Below are positions 16,822 to 40,094 of a stretch of DNA of 64,000 nucleotides, in pieces (positions within the stretch are counted from its first letter, which is position 1; the number at the start of each line of letters is the position of its first letter). This DNA is from the human T2T-CHM13v2.0 reference genome, Homo sapiens, in NCBI RefSeq assembly GCF_009914755.1, contig NC_060929.1. The stretch is one strand, 5' to 3'. The notes under the pieces were generated by a model, which saw nothing but the letters and a program-made list of their open reading frames with translations, did not search any database and was not told the DNA's origin. A program made the position numbers and the translations under genes.

Positions 16822-17642
16822 TGGTGAATGAAGGGGAAGGGATCATGGTAATGCATGATATTGCAAGGGTGATGGGAGCATTGGCTTGCTTCTTCATCCT
16901 TACAGCTGGGGTTGATGCATATTCTTCCACCTGACTCTGTTAAAATCTTTGCCTTTTTAAGTAGCTGAGAAGGAGGGCGGGGGTAGTGTCATGTTGTGAG
17001 CTGAGTCACAGGAAACTTCGGCTGTCAGACACATATGGGGAAAGGGTGGCAATCTGAGAGGTAGGAAGAGGATATTTCAGGGGAGAGTGGAGGAAGCTCA
17101 GTGAAAGGGAGCTTGGTAGCTCCCGCTCTCCCAAGCATTTTCTAGCTGGATGGGGATCACGTAGGTCTTTCTGATCTCCTCAACTAGGTTGCAGCTGCCT
17201 TTGTGTTCTGACAGCCAATAGCTCACTTCCCGTCCTTTCTGTTCTCCTTCCTGTAGGGTAGAGAGTACTTTGTGGGGAATGTGGTTGGAAGAGCTGGGAA
17301 ACATCTGCTACTGTGGGGCACAGGTTTCCAATTAGAACATGTGGAGAACTGGCTGGATCTAGTGCAGGGTGGGCCCCGCTCCATCACCACCCTTGATACG
17401 AAGTGGCATTGTGCACCTTCATCTTATTTTCCCTAAATAAGAAATGCTTTCTACTTAAGAAATTCTGCCAAGAACTCTGCTGCCACTGGTCCTCGTCTCC
17501 ATGTCCTTACATGCCCCACAGCTTGAAGGAGAGGAGCCCTCTCTTCAGGGCCTGCATTGTTCTCGTAACTTCTGTCCTGCTATGCCAATCCTCAAGCCTA
17601 GGGAAAGGTGACGGGAGAGACTTAAGAAAAGAAACTGTATTG

Positions 17643-17945
<303 letters not shown>

Positions 17946-18247
17946 TAAATCAACATAAGTGGGTTTGATTATTTAATAAAAGTACCTGTTCTCACTTTAT
18001 TTCAATGTAAAATGAATCTAGGAAAAGTATTACTAGTTATGCAGGAGCTATAGAGGAGTGTTGTGATGGTAATCTAATATCCTTGATTTTAGAATATGTC
18101 ATCTTCTGCTTTCTGTTATTGTTTGTGTGTGTGTGTGTGCATGTGCGCTTATGTTGTGTGCACACACACCGTAGGGATTCAGGAAAAACCAGGGTTATCC
18201 TGTGGATATAAGTATGTTTAATCACCTTTGTTAGTTGAGGAAGAGCA

Positions 18248-18678
18248 TGGTGGATTACATTATTGTTTACTAAATATTCACTCCTTCTCTATCAACGTCC
18301 ATGGGAAGAGGATAATGCCCTGCTCTATTGGTACAGGCCTCAACCATGTCACTTGGCCAATTAAATGTAGGTAAGAGTGACAGTGGGCCACTGCGTAAGC
18401 CTTACAGTGTTTTGCATGTTTCCCATGCCCCTCTTACACTCCTGCCTTTCACCTCAACCAAAATATGCCTTGGATACATACTGGTCCAGGGAGGAGGAGA
18501 GACTCATGGAGCCAGCATAGACCCAAAACCCAGCTTGGACTCAAACCCAGCTGGGCCCTTCCAAGATCAGCCAAACGCAGCCACACTGCAGATGTCTGAG
18601 TGAGAAATAAAGGCTTACTGTGGGCAACTGAGTTTTGGGGTGTTATACACACTCTTGTAAAATTAGCTAACTGATATG
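18248..18678 (+). mobile_element. Old MLT1 LTR (MLT1H-J-like)
   Basis: CCATGTCACTTGGCCAAT...GAGAAATAAA...GAGTTTTGGGGTGTT...AGCTAACTGATA. Confidence 0.7.
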
Positions 18679-18939
18679 GAGACTTCTAAAGTCCTAATGT
18701 CTAATCTCCCCTTTTTCCTCAGTAGTAGTTCTCCTACCCAATAGTTAGCTGCTGCTAGTCACTTAGCCGAAAGATTGTATGTCTCTGACTCTTGCAGATT
18801 GGTACGGCCTTGTAACTAGTTCCAGGGAATAACAAGTAAGTAGAAATGTTCCTAAATGGAGACGGTGTACATTTCTGTTCTTTGCCCTCCTCCCGTGGGT
18901 ATAGCGCAGGTGTGATGGCTAAATCAGGGATCCATAAAG

Positions 18940-19300
<361 letters not shown>

Positions 19301-19412
19301 ATGTGAACTGCCTCCTTATACCATAAAGAACCTGAGAAAACAATATACTATAATACAATGCTTTTTCCCTGGGAATTTCTTTCAATATTACTAGTGTCCA
19401 TCTACCTTTTAA

Positions 19413-19690
<278 letters not shown>

Positions 19691-19704
19691 CAAGTCATCT
19701 ACTT

Positions 19705-20062
<358 letters not shown>

Positions 20063-20501
20063 TGAAAGAAGGAATCATTATTACTAATTATAGTATACAA
20101 TATTTTCTGTGCATCTTAGTCATAGACACTTTATTGATATTGGATTGAACTTTTCATTGAGTTTCTATGAAGGATAGTGTGAAGTGGAATGGGGACTAAG
20201 ACCTGGGAAGAGTCTACATTCAAGGGTCTTCCATGTGGGTGCTGGTGAGAGGCACAGGGGTGAACAGGGTTAGCAGGGTCACAGCAGAGCAAGAACAGGG
20301 CTGAGGACGAAGCCCTGGGAGCAACAGAATTTGTGGGGTGGAAATAAGAGTCCGTGAAGGAGGCCAGAAAGTCAGGAAGGGAATGCCAGAGAGGAGCAGA
20401 CCTCAGGAGCTGCATAAGGGAGGGAACTGAATTGCATCAAGAGTGGTGTGAAAAGCTAAAGGAAGACTATGTTAGATAGGAAATAAGAAGATAGTGATTT
20501 A

Positions 20502-21717
<1,216 letters not shown>

Positions 21718-22244
21718 ATTAGGAAGTCACCAGTAGCTTTGAGGAAGCATTTTTAATCAAGTACGAGTGATGAGGCCAGGATCCTGGGTGTGGTATGTTG
21801 AGGGTGATTGGGAGTTGCAAAGTGATGAAGGGGAAGCAATGCTGAGAGGTTATTTCAGGTTTGAGAAGATGTGAGGCTGCTTGGAGAGCAAGAGGAGGTA
21901 ACCTGTCAGTGGAGAGGAAGGGGGTCGTCAGGGAGACAGTGACGGTTGATGGAGACAGGGCCAAAGGACATTCTTAGGGGAGGCACAGGTGGCAAGTGGA
22001 GCTTTTGAAGAGGAGAGAGGCCAGTTTCCCCCTAAAACACGAGGGAAAGAAAGAAGAATCCTGAGAGCTCATCGAAAACAGGAACCACATCAGATTTGTT
22101 TTTGTAATCTCCGCATCTATCTCAATTAATGGGAAATATACATTTATTCATTCACTAAACATTTAATGAGGGCAGACTGTGCCAGGCACTACTTCCCTGG
22201 CTAGTGATCCCACAGCAGCCCTCACAGACAAAACCAGCACACAG

Positions 22245-22470
22245 GCTGTGGAAGAGTTGTTAGTATTCACCAAACGTCCATGAGTGCCTCTATTTCCCAG
22301 CTTTCCTTGCAGTGAGGCTGAATCCACATGACTAGTTCTGGCCAATGGCCTGTGGGTGCATCACTTTCAGGTTGAGGCAATAAAGAGCCAGTGTTTGGCC
22401 TCCTTTTCTCCTCTTCTGCTATGGTGACCTTGGAAACCACATGTCCATGAAGCAATATGGATCCTTTCTG
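22245..22470 (+). mobile_element. Old MLT1 LTR fragment
   Basis: CACATGACTAGTTCTGGCCAATGG. Confidence 0.6.
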
Positions 22471-22539
22471 TGTGCAATATGTTCTCGCCTCTTGATTTGC
22501 TTTGATTCTCCTCTCTATCTCCTCTTCCATTTCCTTCTC

Positions 22540-22925
22540 TCTGTCTTTCTTTTAAGTGCTGGTCACAACAGGCTAAATGATTTCATGAGTCACGAATAAG
22601 CTCTTTGAAAAATATTGTTCTAGATCAACACTTAATCTGCACATGAAGCGTAAGGGATCTTGTTAATCCAGGTTCTGGCTCAGTAGGTATGAGTTGGGGC
22701 CTGAGAGTCTGCATTCTAAAAAGCTCCAAAGGCAGGGTGCAGTGGTTCACGTCCATCATCCCAGCACTTTGGGCCCAGGAGTTTGAGACTGGCCTGAGCA
22801 ACATACTGAGACTCTGTTTCTACGAAAAAAAGTTTAAAAAGTAAAAAAATTAAAAAATGAAAAGCTCCTAGGTGGTGTGCTGCTGCTGCTCCAGGTTCAA
22901 GGGTCACAATTTTAGTAGCAAGGTC
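22540..22925. mobile_element. MER5-type MITE pieces with an internally deleted Alu monomer (22730-22855)
   Basis: CAGTAGGTATGAGTTGGGGCCTGAGAGTCTGCATTCTAA; AAAAGCTCC duplicated around the monomer. Confidence 0.7.
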
Positions 22926-24060
22926 CTAGAGGGCATCCCTGTGCCCCTGGTAATGTCATTTTTGACAAAAGTGTATCTCACTGGAGTAATACACACATGC
23001 AGATGTAACAGACTTGCACATATGTATACTCATGTACATGTGTCCACCACACACATGTGCCCACAGATTTGTGACCATACACTCCTCCCCAGGTACCCTT
23101 ATTGGTATCTGTCAGCTTAAAAATGAGATATGTTCAAACATTTTGTTAATCGGCGTTTTGACCATGTGCCATTTAGTTGCATCTGGTGAGTGGGTGAACA
23201 CACAGTCATCCTTGAGAACAGTCATGGGGGTGGATGGAGGGGAGATAGTGGGGGAGGAAATAAATCAAAACTCCAGCAAGAGTCAAAGGGAGCATCCTGT
23301 GCCTGGCAGAGTCCTCACTGCACTTGCTGGGCTTCATCCAACCCCTGTGTACCCATGGGGCACTTCTGGGGACATCAGTCATAATTCCTGCTTTCTACAA
23401 CCATCCCTTTTGATTTTTCCATCATAAATAAAGTTCATCTTCTGTGTCTGTTGACATCATGCTGTAAGTCCCATGGCATCCCAGTCTCATGAATCTTCTG
23501 CCCTTTTTGGCAGCCCCACTAGTCTCATTTATTATTATTGTTGGCACCGTTGTTGTTTGCTAACAGTGATGATTCTCTGGGAACAGATTATATGAAAATA
23601 TGAGCTTTACACAGAGAATAGCATTAATGCTGATGTTAATGAGTCATCAGCATGAATACCGCTGAGGTGAGAGGTAATCGTAAGGGCCTCTGTACCGTCA
23701 TGTGGCATTTCAGTGTTTTGATGGGAAGCTTTTCATATACAAAGTAATATACATTAATTTGAGGCTACTATAAGAGGAATGTTTGCAAGCAAACAAAACA
23801 AACTTTTTTTCAAAAATGTGCCATTAAGGAATATAATAAGTCATTGAACATCCTCTAATGTAGAGTCATAAAAGCCTTACAAATTCCATCTATTCTTTTT
23901 CAAGGTACTTAAAGGAAACGAGTTCTATAGAAGCCAATACTCAGCCTTAGGACAATTGCTACAAATTATTAAACTCATGTTATGAAAGTGGGTGCAAGAC
24001 ATGAGTGAATGAATGGGTTACAGAACAATGGAAGTAAATCAAACACATAAATCACACTTC

Positions 24061-24410
<350 letters not shown>

Positions 24411-25396
24411 AATCACACTTCCACTCAGTTTCTCAGCCATGCAGGGTACACCTGCTTACTGTATCTTTCCCAAGAGCCATATAATTATGAAAAGAATAAG
24501 ACTTTCCCTTTTATTATTTTAAAGACGGAGTATAAAAAGTATTTGTTCCTTTAAGACCACTTTATTGAGGTATGATTGACATATAAAGAGCTGTACATAT
24601 TTAATGTATCCAACTCGATGAATTTAGGCATAAGTATACCCCTGTGAAACCATCACCACCACCAAGGCCATAGACATGCCCATCACTTTCCCAAGCTTCC
24701 TCCCACCCCCTTTTTTATTATCATTATTATTTTGTGGTAAGAGCACTTAATAGAAGATCTGCCCTCTTAGCGAATTTTAAGTATCCAAGACAGTATTGTT
24801 AGCTATAGGCACTATGCTGTAGTAGGTCTCTAGAATTTATTTATCTTGCATAACTAAAATTTTGTACCTTTGACCATCACTTTCCATTTCTCCTCCTCCA
24901 GCCCTTGGCAACCACCGTCCTGCTCTCTACTTCTATGAGTTCGACCATTTCAAGTTCCTCATCACACTGAAACCAGGCAGTATTTGTCTTTCTGTATGTG
25001 GCCTATTTCGGTTAGCATGATGTCCTCCAGGCTCAGCCAAATTGTCACAAGTGGCAGAATGTCACTTCTGTTTTTATGACTGAACCCCATTCCATTGCAT
25101 ATACATACCATGCTTCTTCATCCATTCCTCCGTCGATGGACATGTCGGTTGTTTCCATATCTTGGCTATTGTGAATAACACTGCAGCGAGCATGGGAGGG
25201 CAGTGTCTCTTTGAGATCCTGATTTCAGTTCCTTTGGATAAATACCCAAAATTAGGATTGCTGGATCATATGATCGTTCTATTTTTAATTGTTTGAGTAA
25301 CCTCCACACCGTTTTCCATAATAGCTGTACCAATTTACATTCACGCCAATAATGTATCAGAGTTTCTGTTTTCCCACATATTCGCCAACACTTATC

Positions 25397-25692
<296 letters not shown>

Positions 25693-25746
25693 ATTTCGTT
25701 TTTAATATAATAGCCATCCTCCCAATGAGGTGATCTCTGATTATGA

Positions 25747-26217
<471 letters not shown>

Positions 26218-27072
26218 TGATATAATCCCACTTGTTTATTTTTACTTTTGTTGTCTGTGCTTTTGTTGTCATGTCCAAACAATTATCACCAAGACCAATG
26301 TCAAGGAGCTTTTCCTCTACGTTTTCTTCTAGAAGTTTTACAGTTTCAGGTCTTACGTTTAAATCCTTCATACATTTTTAGTTGATTTTTGTGTATGATG
26401 TAAGAAAGGAGTTCAGTCTCATTCTTTTGCCTGTGGATATCCAGTTTTCCACACCATTTATTGAAGAGACCATCCTTCCTCTGTTTTATTTTCTTGGTGC
26501 CTTGTTGAAGGTAAGTTGACCATGTGTATGGGGAAGAGCATTATTCCTGGCTTCTCTACTCGGCACCATTGGTCTAGGTGTCCATTTTTAGGCTAGTACC
26601 ATACCGTTTTGATTACTACAGCTAAAGTAGTAGCTTTCTTCACCGAAAGGAAGCTTAACAGTATTATTCATAAACCGTAAAATTTTAGTTTACTAGGGTA
26701 GAATCTTTCAAAAATGGCATATGGGAAAGTATAAACGGATGGGTTTCTCACTAAGAGAAACTCTGAGCCCAATTTAGGACCATGAACAGATTAATTTCTG
26801 TTTATACTAAACAAAGTGTTATGTAGAGAATCTCTTCAATCTAATACTGTTTCTTATGCTAAAATATAGCTGTCTTTTTTTTAAAACTATTTAGTTTAGA
26901 AGCCATTTCAATTTATACATTTCCCATACTTCTGTTCTTCCAAAAGATAAACACATACAAACACCTCGTGGTTTCTTTTGAAATTCCTTCCATGAGAAAG
27001 GTGAGCAGGAAGAAACGGACAACAGCTACAAGCCTGTCATACTCTTGTTGGATTAAGAATCTGGGAACCGTT

Positions 27073-27372
27073 GGTCGGGTGCAGTGGCTCACACCTGTAA
27101 TCCCAGCACTTTGGGAGGCCAAGGTGGGTGGATCATCTGAGGTCAGGAGCTCAACACCAGCCTGGCCAACAGGGTGAAACCCTATCTCTACTAAAAATAC
27201 AAAAATTAGCTGAGTATGGTGGTACACACCTGCAGTCTCAGCTACTTGGTAGGCTGAGGCAGGAGAATTGCTTGAACTCTGGAGGCGGAGGTTGCAATGA
27301 GCTAAGATAGCGCCCCTGCACTCCAGCCTGAGCAACAGAGTGAGACTTTGTCTCAAAAAAAAAAAAAAAAAG
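27073..27372 (+). mobile_element. Alu (AluSx-like)
   Basis: TSD AAGAATCTGGGAAC. Confidence 0.96.
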
Positions 27373-27904
27373 AATCTGGGAACTGTAAACCATGCCCTTC
27401 CAATAAAGGCAATTTTTGTTGGCTATTTTGGTGCCTAATCGCTTGTGTGTCTGCCGGGAAAATCCGACAAGAGCAGCATGTGTGCGTGGTGTGTGCACCC
27501 TCAGTTCTGAGGAAGGCCTGCTCCCTCCTGCACTAACCCGGGGTGCTTTCACCCACTTTAGACCAGTGTGAGGTACGGCTTTGCATTCCAATGACGACAC
27601 ATTCCAAACTGATTTGGCAGCACTGTTTAAGTGCTACAAGGAAACCAGTAAAACAGAATCCTGAATCAGAATCCTGACGATTCATACAAAAATTAAAACA
27701 GGCCTTAAATCTCAAAAGTACTTATTACCACCCTGTGGCCACATACCCCTACACTATGGCAAAAATGGAAATCCTGCAGCAGCCAGATGTGTGAGAGAAG
27801 GGAGGTAGCCCTCCGTCCCAGAACAGTAAACAAAGGAGCTGCAGAGCCACGGAGCACTGAGGAGGGTTGTGCTCTCCAAATATGGCCCCACTGAGACACG
27901 CCTC

Positions 27905-29775
<1,871 letters not shown>

Positions 29776-29799
29776 ATACCCTGTGTGTCAGATGCTCGT

Positions 29800-30235
29800 A
29801 CGTGGGAATGTCTGTCTGACAAGCTGACTTTCTGTATGTTCCAGTGTCTATCTCTCTGTATGTCTATCTCTCTGCAACTCTGTCCATCCGCCTAAACACC
29901 TGTCTGCCTGAACATCTGCCTGTCCGTCTGGGCATCCATGTGTCTGAGTGTGCATGTGTTGGAATTGCTGTATGTTGGAATTCCCATCTGTCATAACATC
30001 CATCTGTCTGAATGTGTTTGTATGAGAACCCATCCACGTGTCTGACCATCCTTAAGTCTGAACATCTTCATGTTGGCACACCCATCTGTTGGAACATCAG
30101 TTTATCAAAATGTCTGTTCATCTCTCCAAACATTTGTCTATCTGAATGTATGTTCTTCTGTCCTAATGTCCCCCTGCCTGCCTTCCTGAATGTCAATGGG
30201 TCCAAACATCTGTCTGTCTGAACGTCCATCTGTTC
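29800..30235 (-). repeat. Same degenerate repeat in inverted orientation
   Basis: TGTCTGAA, CATCTGTC, TGTCCATC, GAATGTCTGTCTG motifs. Confidence 0.88.
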
Positions 30236-30766
30236 ACTACAGAGTTTATAAAACTCTTGTGAAAGTGTCCCTGTAGGTTGTTACAGAATCAGGAGGACTT
30301 CAAGTGAAACAGGAGACTCGAGAGCAGGTTTGGATGTGGGATTAGGAAGAGAATTTGAGGTACTATTCACCTGAGAACCGAAGGTGGGATCATGACTACT
30401 AATCCTGAGAAAATGCCCCACACCTAACCCCAGAGCCTGGCATATCAAAGACCAACTCCCCTTATTGTTTCATTTTTATGAGGCCAAGCCTATGTCTGAC
30501 TGTCGGCTCCTCCTGTGGGCAGCCTGGTGAGGGAGGGAAGCTCTAGGGAGCCCATGTCTTCCTCCTGGTCCTGTGTGCACACAGGGAAGATGGGGCTCGT
30601 GCCTAATTAATGTGATCTTCAGGACAGGTGATTTGAGGTTGTCAGAGTAACACAAACTGAGACTGACGAATCTCAGGTGGAAAAGGATCTGACAGGCAGA
30701 AGACTTGGGAAGGCACTGGATCCAGAATTTAGCCAGGACAGGGAGAGAGCTGGACCTGACTGATGA

Positions 30767-31100
<334 letters not shown>

Positions 31101-31169
31101 CCATCTGCAGGCAGCCTTTGTGACGATGGTCACGGTGGAGATGATGATGGATGTGACAATGATGGCGGC

Positions 31170-31400
31170 TGCCAGCTGCTGGTGTTTAATACCTGCCAGA
31201 GCTTCTGCTGGGTCTTCTACATGCACTGTCACGTATATTACTCATGCTTATGTTATAAGGTCAGTATTATGATCCCCATTTTAGATAATAAAACTGAACT
31301 TTAGAATGAAAATGTCCCTTGTGTGAGTTCACTTGTACATTAAATGTCAAAATTGGAAATAAAAGCCGTTTCTGACTACAGAATTAATCCATTCACCCCT
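31170..31400 (-). mobile_element. MIR fragment
   Basis: TATTATGATCCCCATTTTAGATAATAAAACTGA core. Confidence 0.65.
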
Positions 31401-31429
31401 TCATTACTTACATCATAACTATTACCTAC

Positions 31430-32234
<805 letters not shown>

Positions 32235-32239
32235 GAGGT

Positions 32240-32370
32240 CCTTCATTTTTTAGAGCCTCAGCCTTCTTGTCTGTAAATTGGGACACCTGAGGCCTCCTTC
32301 ACAGGCTTCCCATGAGTATTTGGCGAGAGAGTTAACCTGAAAGCTCAGCACAGTGCCTGCAATGGATTGA
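32240..32370 (+). mobile_element. MIR fragment
   Basis: GAGCCTCAGCCTTCTTGTCTGTAAATTGGG...AGCACAGTGCCTG. Confidence 0.65.
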
Positions 32371-32584
32371 TTTCTGTAACTTTACATAGAGACCGAGATG
32401 TTTAAAGAAGAGAAATCCAAAATAATCAAATCATATTCCTGTAAATAAAGATAAAAAGAAATAGATGTCTTTGGTCTGAAGGGACGAGTTACAGTCAGAC
32501 TAGGATTCAAGGGCATGAGCCCACGGAGGTGGGCTGTAGGCCCAGAGGAGGAGACAGGAAACAGCAGGCATTAGAAAGAGCTGA

Positions 32585-33010
<426 letters not shown>

Positions 33011-33202
33011 TGAGATGTGCCCAGCACCGCAGGCCAAGGGATCACTGGCTGCCCATGGCCACCACCTTCCTGGACTTAGAACCCTTGGGAAGACCTAGCC
33101 TGTGCAGCTCTGTCCTTCTCTCTCCTCACAGCCCTGGTTCTGAGGTCTTTGTGAAGCACTGAGACACTCCCATTGTCAAAGTCCACAGCTGGTCTCTCAG
33201 CT

Positions 33203-33261
33203 ATTAGATTGGTGCCATTACTTTTAATGGCAAAACTGCAATGACTTTTGCACCAACCTAA
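33203..33261. mobile_element. MADE1 (Hsmar1-derived MITE), left arm partly deleted
   Basis: TTAGATTGGTGCCATTACTTTTAATGGCAAAACTGCAATGACTTTTGCACCAACCTAA. Confidence 0.9.
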
Positions 33262-33322
33262 ATCCATTCTCCTCACCTCATTCCCTTTGTGTCCTCTGCT
33301 CCCTGCTCTTCTCTGGGGGTCC

Positions 33323-34185
<863 letters not shown>

Positions 34186-35152
34186 GTCCTACCACAGCGA
34201 CCTGCCTCTCCAGACCATCCACCCTTGGAATCATATTCCCAGGAGCTGTTCCCACTATGTCAGAAGATGATCGTTGTGGTTCTGGTCTGTAAAACCGTAA
34301 GGCCAGGGAGCAGCATCTGGCAGCTCATAGCACCCAGAGCTTCTAACTCCTGCATTTTCACCTGCTCCCTGGTCCACGTGATGCTCTATGGGGGTGGCTA
34401 GTGAACCCTCCTCTCTCCCCAGACGCAGGCCCTTATCTGAGCCTGGACACATCAGCCTGGAGGGCAGTGAGGGGCCAGTCACTGCCTCCTACTGTGTCCT
34501 GGCTGCTTCCTGGCTGTGGTCAGCTTTTCTGTCACTTTTGCAGCTGGAAACCTCTGTGATACCTTCTGTGAGGCCAAGTTCCTAATGTTCTGCATGCCCG
34601 TGGTCCCACAGTGACCAGGTATCCTTCCTGCTCGCCAACCTGCGCACCAGGGGCAAGGCCATGGGGGTCAGGGAGGTCTCCATGTTGGCCTCCAGCCCGG
34701 GGCTGCTGGGATGCGTATTTGCTCCTAAATGCTACGTAACCCTGCTGAGACCAGACCAAAATTTGGTTATAAAGAAGGACGGTTTGAGGAACAGCATATT
34801 TTCGGGAGCTTTGACTATGTTTGCACAAATCATGAGCATCTCGGAGAAAAAAGGAGCATTGCTATACTTGTACATCTTGTTTCTATTTAAGATTTATCTA
34901 TATTCTCTCAGGACGAGAGAATTCTCCTGTCATAACCATCCAGGACACACCAATGCTCATGAGGCTCACCTCAGAACAAAAACATTTGAGACTTGTTGGT
35001 GTGCCACGTATCAGGCCATGGATAGTCTTATCATTTCTCTGCCTTGTTCTTTTGTGGGAGCTGCTTATTTCCCTCCGTATCTTTAGACAACAGTCTGGTT
35101 GCCTACAGTCCTGAGACATATTTCTCTAATTCCTTCTGTTTGTTGTCTCTAG

Positions 35153-35513
<361 letters not shown>

Positions 35514-35605
35514 GAGCTTCAGTACTTTTCACTGTGCATTGAACTTAGCAGACTCTTTTCTGCACCCTTTCATATCCCGTCATCAGCCAGGAAACAGCAC
35601 ACTGT

Positions 35606-35718
35606 TAGGGTGACCAACCATCCCAGCTTGCTTGGGACTGAGGGGTTTCCCAGGACACAGATCTTTCAGTGCTGAAGATGGAACTGTCCCAGGCAAACCA
35701 GGATGGCTGGTCACCCTG
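35606..35718. mobile_element. MER81-like hAT-Blackjack MITE
   Basis: TIRs AGGGTGACCAACCATCC...GGATGGCTGGTCACCCT. Confidence 0.88.
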
Positions 35719-35779
35719 ACAGTGATGTGGATTCAGGCCACGCCTTGAAGCTGGGCAGATGGTGGTGCCAACATATGCA

Positions 35780-35950
35780 TTCTTTGATTTACTTTAGTCC
35801 ATGTCCTTGGACAGTTCACAAAACACTTCTGAACCTCATTTTGTCTCATTTGCCAAATGGAGGTAATAATAGTCAGTGTGTAGCACTGTTCCGAAGATGA
35901 AATGGGCTCATGTGTGTCAAAATACGTCCCTTGATATTTGGTGAGCATTG
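35780..35950 (+). mobile_element. MIR fragment
   Basis: TCTGAACCTCATTTTGTCTCATTTGCCAAATGGAGGTAATAATAGT. Confidence 0.6.
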
Positions 35951-36060
35951 ATTATCTTTGCCTGGTGTCATCTAAATGGGCATGATGAGGTTGAAGTCTT
36001 AGGATGCAGACTGATAGTAGACAGAATTGAACATATATTATCCCAATAACCATTTCTTGC

Positions 36061-36350
36061 TTTTTTTTTTTTCTTGGGACAGTCTCATTCTGTCACCGAG
36101 GCTGCAGTGCAGTGGTGCAATCTTGGCTGACCTACAGCCTTGACCTCCTGGGCTCAAGCGATCTTCCCACCTCAGCCTCTGTAGTAGCTGGGACTACAGG
36201 CATACATCAATGCACCTGGCTAATTTTTGTATACTTTTGTAGAGACCGAGTCTCCCCATGTTGCCTGGTCTCAAACTTCTGGGCTCAAGGGATCTATCCA
36301 CCTCACTTCCCAAAGTACCGGGATTACAGGCATGAGCCACTGCACCTGGC
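36061..36350 (-). mobile_element. Alu (AluJ)
   Basis: GCCTTGACCTCCTGGGCTCAAGCGATC. Confidence 0.93.
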
Positions 36351-37151
36351 CTCATTCCTCACATTTGTGAAATGCTTCATTCTTTACTGAGACCTCTTAG
36401 TGGATTAGCCTGTGCCTGCTCATGTGGGAGTCAACCTCAGCTGATGGTGGCCAGTCAACAGGGAGAGAGGGGCCTGGTTAGGACTGGATGAGGCTGGAGA
36501 TAAGTGGGTCACTCAGATGCCACAGGGGTTAAGCTGAGGGGCTGAGAGGCCGAGGAGTTCAGCTTTGCTGGGAGTGGCCCAGGCACCCCAGGCAGTCCTG
36601 ACTGTTCTTGAGGAGCAGAATCTGAGCACAGGAGCCAGAAAGGCCTTGGCACCTAGAAGCCTCCCACAGCTGCCACTTGAGTCCACTGCTCCATTCAAGG
36701 TCCTCTTCTTGGCCCCAGACCTGGTCCCCATGTTCTCTTTTCCTGTTAAAGTCACTGGGCAGTCCGCTTTTCCTCCCCAGCGTCTACCCCCATTCACTCT
36801 CCCCAGTGCTGACTTCAGGGTCCTCCACCATCGCTAACCCTTCTTTGTTTCTAACTTCAAAGATGACTTCTCAGCCCTTGTAGGTTTCAGGCTGATCCTA
36901 CTGATCATTTTAGATAGCAGCTGAGTGATGGCCATGATCACTAACAGGAGGAAGTTCAAGCACCTCCAGGGCTCTTTCCACGATGACTCCTGACCCCATA
37001 GATTGAGAGAGAGAAGCCCTCACTGGGCACCCCTCTTGACTGTCATCCCTACTCACCATCCATGTGACTCCACTGTGGGAACACACATAATGGCCTCACC
37101 TTCTGATATCCAGACACAATATAGGGAGAACAATATTAACAGCCATAGTCA

Positions 37152-39058
<1,907 letters not shown>

Positions 39059-39089
39059 CTTTACAAGACACCAGCCAGGAGGAGGGACC

Positions 39090-39583
39090 TGTAAGTGAAC
39101 TCACATCTGGGCTACGCATCACTTGAAGGCAAAACTCAAGAGACAAGCTTCAGTAAAAGAAAGTTAGCTTTATGTGATAAGTGGGCAATCCAGGAGGAGG
39201 CAGTGATGTGTGTTCAAAGACTCCTTCTTTGAGTTGTGTCTCTAGATCAGTGGTTTTTAAGGGAAGTTAGGGAAGCGCAAATGATGATCAAAGCATTCTT
39301 TGCAACAGCAGCTATGCGCGCAGCCCCAGGCAGGCAGTTCATCACTGCTGTCTTGGTGAGTGTCTTGTGACCTTTTGCAGGCACAGCCAGAGTCTTCTTA
39401 TCTGGTGGTAGAAAACTGCCAGGCAGCCTGCTCCCGGGATTGTTAGCGCATTTCTCTCTCACCTATGCTCAAGGTCCTCTTTTCTTGAGGCTGTTTTTAG
39501 TGAATAAGTCTACCAGCTTCAGCAAAGCAGTCATACACTCGAGCAAGGAAAATTCTTCTTTAACATGGAATCGGTGCTGATAC
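39090..39583 (-). mobile_element. Probable ERV1-class solo LTR (subfamily uncertain)
   Basis: TGTAAGTGAACTC...AGCTTTAT...AACATGGAATCGGTGCTGATACA; TG...CA ends. Confidence 0.6.
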
Positions 39584-40094
39584 AGGCCCACTGCCTGAAT
39601 GAGGAAAGCTGGGCCCCAGGAGACAAAGTGCCATGTTCCAGATCCCACTGGGACCAAGGAGCTGCAGACGCAGTGACACTCATGCGATGAGGACCTGCCA
39701 CGTGGGGATGTGGTCACATATATCACAGGGGGCTAAAGGCAGTGAGCAATTCAAGCCCCAGAAAGAAAGCTGGCACGTGCCAGCAACGCAGAGACCTGCA
39801 GCAGCTCAGGCACAGGTTAGGAAACTCCAGATCGACTTGCAGGTGCTGGTCTGAGGAGGGAGTTAGAATTCACCCTGCGTGAATATCCCCCATTGCCAGA
39901 GAGGGAGCTGGTGGAAGGAGCTGCAGGGGCAGTGATGAGCTGTCATCCCTACTCACCATCCACAGCCACATTCAACGGGCTCTGGGAAGAGGCAGCGACG
40001 ATTGCTCCGACAGGCTGCCCAACCGCTCTACCTGCCTCCCACCAGTTCTCACACTGCAGTCGGTGCAATCTTTCAACATGTCAGCCTTCAAAAG

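Noticed and set aside
35600-35724. Pre-miRNA-like hairpin
   Set aside because: Explained by MER81 terminal inverted repeats; the same applies to MADE1 at 33203
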